64,000 bases of DNA from an uncultured delta proteobacterium (GTDB lineage Bacteria > Desulfobacterota > Desulfomonilia > UBA1062): positions 1 to 64,000 of the forward strand of contig CAVVYZ010000019.1 in the NCBI GenBank assembly GCA_963752595.1, written 5' to 3'. This document shows, piece after piece, positions 61,907 to 64,000 of the stretch. The notes under the pieces were generated by a model. It saw only the letters and a program-made list of their open reading frames with translations. It ran no database searches and had not been told where the DNA came from. Position 1 is the first letter of the stretch; the number at the start of each line of letters is the position of its first letter. The position numbers were made by a program, and so were the translations under genes.

Positions 61907-63241
61907 CTACGGTTTTCCGGCCGCAGCATCCTTTATGGCGGCCAGGATGGGCTTGAGCACCTCGATACGCTGGCGGCACAAGACTGACAGCTCCCGGTCA
62001 GGCGCAGGGTCGCCCTGGCCCTTTTCCACCTTTGTCTGCGCGCTGTCCTTGGCCCGCTCGGCCTGCTCGCTCAAATCCAGGATCGATTTCTCGATGCGGG
62101 TTGCCAGGGCCAGCAGCTCTTCACCGGTTTTTTCCTTCAGAATTTTCTGTAGTGATTTGTTCTTTGCCTCCAGCAGCACACCGTTGCTCCAGCGCAGGGT
62201 CTGGGCCTGGTCGGCTCCGGAGAGGTCCGGGGTTTCGATGAATTCCTCCAGAGGCGGCTCGTCGACAGTTCTCATCGCCACCTTTGCTGGGACGCCGTTG
62301 TCCATGAGGACACTGACAGCGGTCAGGCTCTTTGCACGGCGCAGATATCCGGTCTCCGGCATCCAGTTGCCGCTGCCGTCGCGGCGGGCTACGACTACCT
62401 CTTCATATGGCTTTGTTCCGCGCTTCGGCTGCACCTGGTACAGCAAGGCAGTGAAGGAAACCGGCCGGCTATTCTCTTTCGAGATATTCGGCGCGAGGAA
62501 GCTCCAGAAAGTGCGTCCGTCGATGGTAACCTCCTGGAGGCGTGATGCACGTGCCTTGTAGGCAGTATCAAGCAGGGCGGGATCTGCTGAACGAAGGTCC
62601 TTGACCACCGACTCGACGATGCAGTCGGCTACAAAGGTCGGGAGCTTGGTCTTTGAATAGGCATCCTCGGTCAGCGGGAAAAAGAGAAAGATGCCGTCCC
62701 GCGGCAGGTCAGCCTGTCCCGGGACCGGGATGCAGCCCAGCGGTCCGATGAGGCTTATCCACACGGCCTGCTCAATCTTGAATTTCGTATCCTTGGTGAT
62801 CAGGCTTTCGCCCAGCGCATTGCGCACATCCGAGGATACCGAGAAGTCCATCGTAATCTTCCCGGGGAAAGGGATCACCCCAGCTGTCAGTGCTGTCAGA
62901 AATGCCGATATCATCATCGAAGTCTCAGAGTACTCGGCATCGGCCTTGATCATTACCGGCAATGCCGTCCATTCGTCCGTGAAAATATCGGGGTAGAGGG
63001 TCCTGGCCCGCTGAGCCAGAAAATCCGGGGTGACAGGGTCCATCCAGGCCCCTGCCGGTAAACTGTTCTTGTCGTAAACGCCGGTATAGCTGATGAGGCT
63101 GAAACGTGCATGGCCGAGCGCGAGGTTCGTTTCGCCCGAGGGCTTCAGGGTGCTTGCCAGGCGCATCGAGCCGCAGCCGCTCATAAACATGACCATCAGG
63201 ATCATTATCATCCATTTCAAAGTTGCCCGGTACGCTTTCAT
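61907..63241 (-). CDS. lipoprotein, tandem paralog 2
   Basis: Lipobox MSGC; GGAG RBS; shared C-terminal domain. Confidence 0.85.
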   Translation of the reverse strand: MKAYRATLKWMIMILMVMFMSGCGSMRLASTLKPSGETNLALGHARFSLISYTGVYDKNSLPAGAWMDPVTPDFLAQRARTLYPDIFTDEWTALPVMIKADAEYSETSMMISAFLTALTAGVIPFPGKITMDFSVSSDVRNALGESLITKDTKFKIEQAVWISLIGPLGCIPVPGQADLPRDGIFLFFPLTEDAYSKTKLPTFVADCIVESVVKDLRSADPALLDTAYKARASRLQEVTIDGRTFWSFLAPNISKENSRPVSFTALLYQVQPKRGTKPYEEVVVARRDGSGNWMPETGYLRRAKSLTAVSVLMDNGVPAKVAMRTVDEPPLEEFIETPDLSGADQAQTLRWSNGVLLEAKNKSLQKILKEKTGEELLALATRIEKSILDLSEQAERAKDSAQTKVEKGQGDPAPDRELSVLCRQRIEVLKPILAAIKDAAAGKP

Positions 63242-63339
63242 TGCCCCTCCTCTCTTCTCATCGGGTAATTCTTATGTCGGTTTTTCCTTTAATATCCCTT
63301 AGCCTGGTACATCGGAGTGCAGGCTCATACGCTTCTTCT

Positions 63340-64000
63340 TTACTGTTTTCCGGCTGCAGCACCCTTGATGGCAGCCAGGATCGGCTTGAGCACCTCAATG
63401 CGCTGGCGGCACAGGACTGACAGCTCCCGGTCGGGTGCAGGGTCGCCCTCTCCCTTTTCCACCATGGCCTGGGCCCGGTCCTTGGCACGCTCCGCCTGTT
63501 CGTTCAAGTCAAGGATCGACCTCTCGATGCGGGTCGCCAGGGTGAGCATCGTGTCCCTGCTTTCCTCCCGCAGCAGCTTGTCCATGGAGCGATTCTTGGC
63601 GTCGAGCAGCAGAGAGTTGCTCCAGCGTAAGACCTCGGCCCTGTCGGTCCCGGGCAGGTCCGGGGTATCGATAAAGTCCTCCAGGGGGGGCACTTCGGGC
63701 GTGCGCACCACCACCTTGACCGGGACGCCCTTCTCCATCAGGGGGCTCACGGAAGTGAGCGTGCGTGCGCGGCGCAGGTATCCGGTCACCGGCTGCCAGT
63801 GGCCGGATTCGTCGTAGCGTGCCACGATTGCCTCATCCATGGGCTTTGCACTCTGCCTGGGGTAGTCCTGGAATACGAGCAGACTGAAGGTGCTGCCCTT
63901 TTTGGGTTTGGTCACAGGGGTCATGGTGAGGAAACCCCGGCACTGCCTGCCGTCGACGGTGATCTCCTGCACGCGGGACTTCCTCTCCCGGTAGGCGGCT
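63340..64000 (-). CDS. tandem paralog 1 (5' end outside window)
   Basis: Same C-terminal domain: LRWSN.LLL.AKN..LATRIE.SILDL..DPAPDRELSVLCRQRIEVLKPILAAIK. Confidence 0.85.
   Translation of the reverse strand, partial: AAYRERKSRVQEITVDGRQCRGFLTMTPVTKPKKGSTFSLLVFQDYPRQSAKPMDEAIVARYDESGHWQPVTGYLRRARTLTSVSPLMEKGVPVKVVVRTPEVPPLEDFIDTPDLPGTDRAEVLRWSNSLLLDAKNRSMDKLLREESRDTMLTLATRIERSILDLNEQAERAKDRAQAMVEKGEGDPAPDRELSVLCRQRIEVLKPILAAIKGAAAGKQ

Noticed and set aside
60599-64000. Diversity-generating retroelement VR/TR pairs
   Set aside because: The repeats are conserved coding 3' ends with ordinary synonymous-type differences, not adenine-specific, and no reverse transcriptase is in the window
1-64000. 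CRISPR array, tRNA, rRNA or integron cassette array
   Set aside because: No regularly spaced repeat-spacer units or recognisable structural RNA. The inverted repeats lack attC RYYYAAC/GTTRRRY ends and no integrase was seen. Checked by eye only.

Overview
This 64-kb window is GC-rich bacterial chromosome. Gene content suggests an anaerobic Desulfobacterota/deltaproteobacterium-like organism (inference). Many genes carry single-base frameshifts, often at homopolymers, which probably reflects long-read assembly error. The first 35 kb is mostly metabolic and regulatory: TetR/MarR/AraC regulators, Fe-S proteins, a 2-hydroxyacyl-CoA dehydratase/activator cluster, acyl-CoA dehydrogenases, a CoA ligase, an LTA-synthase-family sulfatase and Ppx. 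It also holds an orphan contractile tail-sheath gene that carries a signal peptide. The best candidate for a new system is an AT-rich four-gene island at 37.5-43.7 kb: m5C methyltransferase, UvrD helicase fused to a PD-(D/E)XK nuclease, OLD-type ABC-ATPase/TOPRIM nuclease and Vsr. It looks like a methylation-gated, Gabija-like antiphage system. The region from 49.6 to 64 kb is a co-oriented cluster of exported proteins: ankyrin-PrcB, DUF2330 with a hidden Kunitz domain, TPR, and three tandem paralogous lipoproteins. Several REP-like inverted-repeat families and short duplicated segments are scattered through the intergenic DNA. I recognised no rRNA, tRNA, CRISPR array or intact transposase/integrase. 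Family names come from motif recognition, not database searches.
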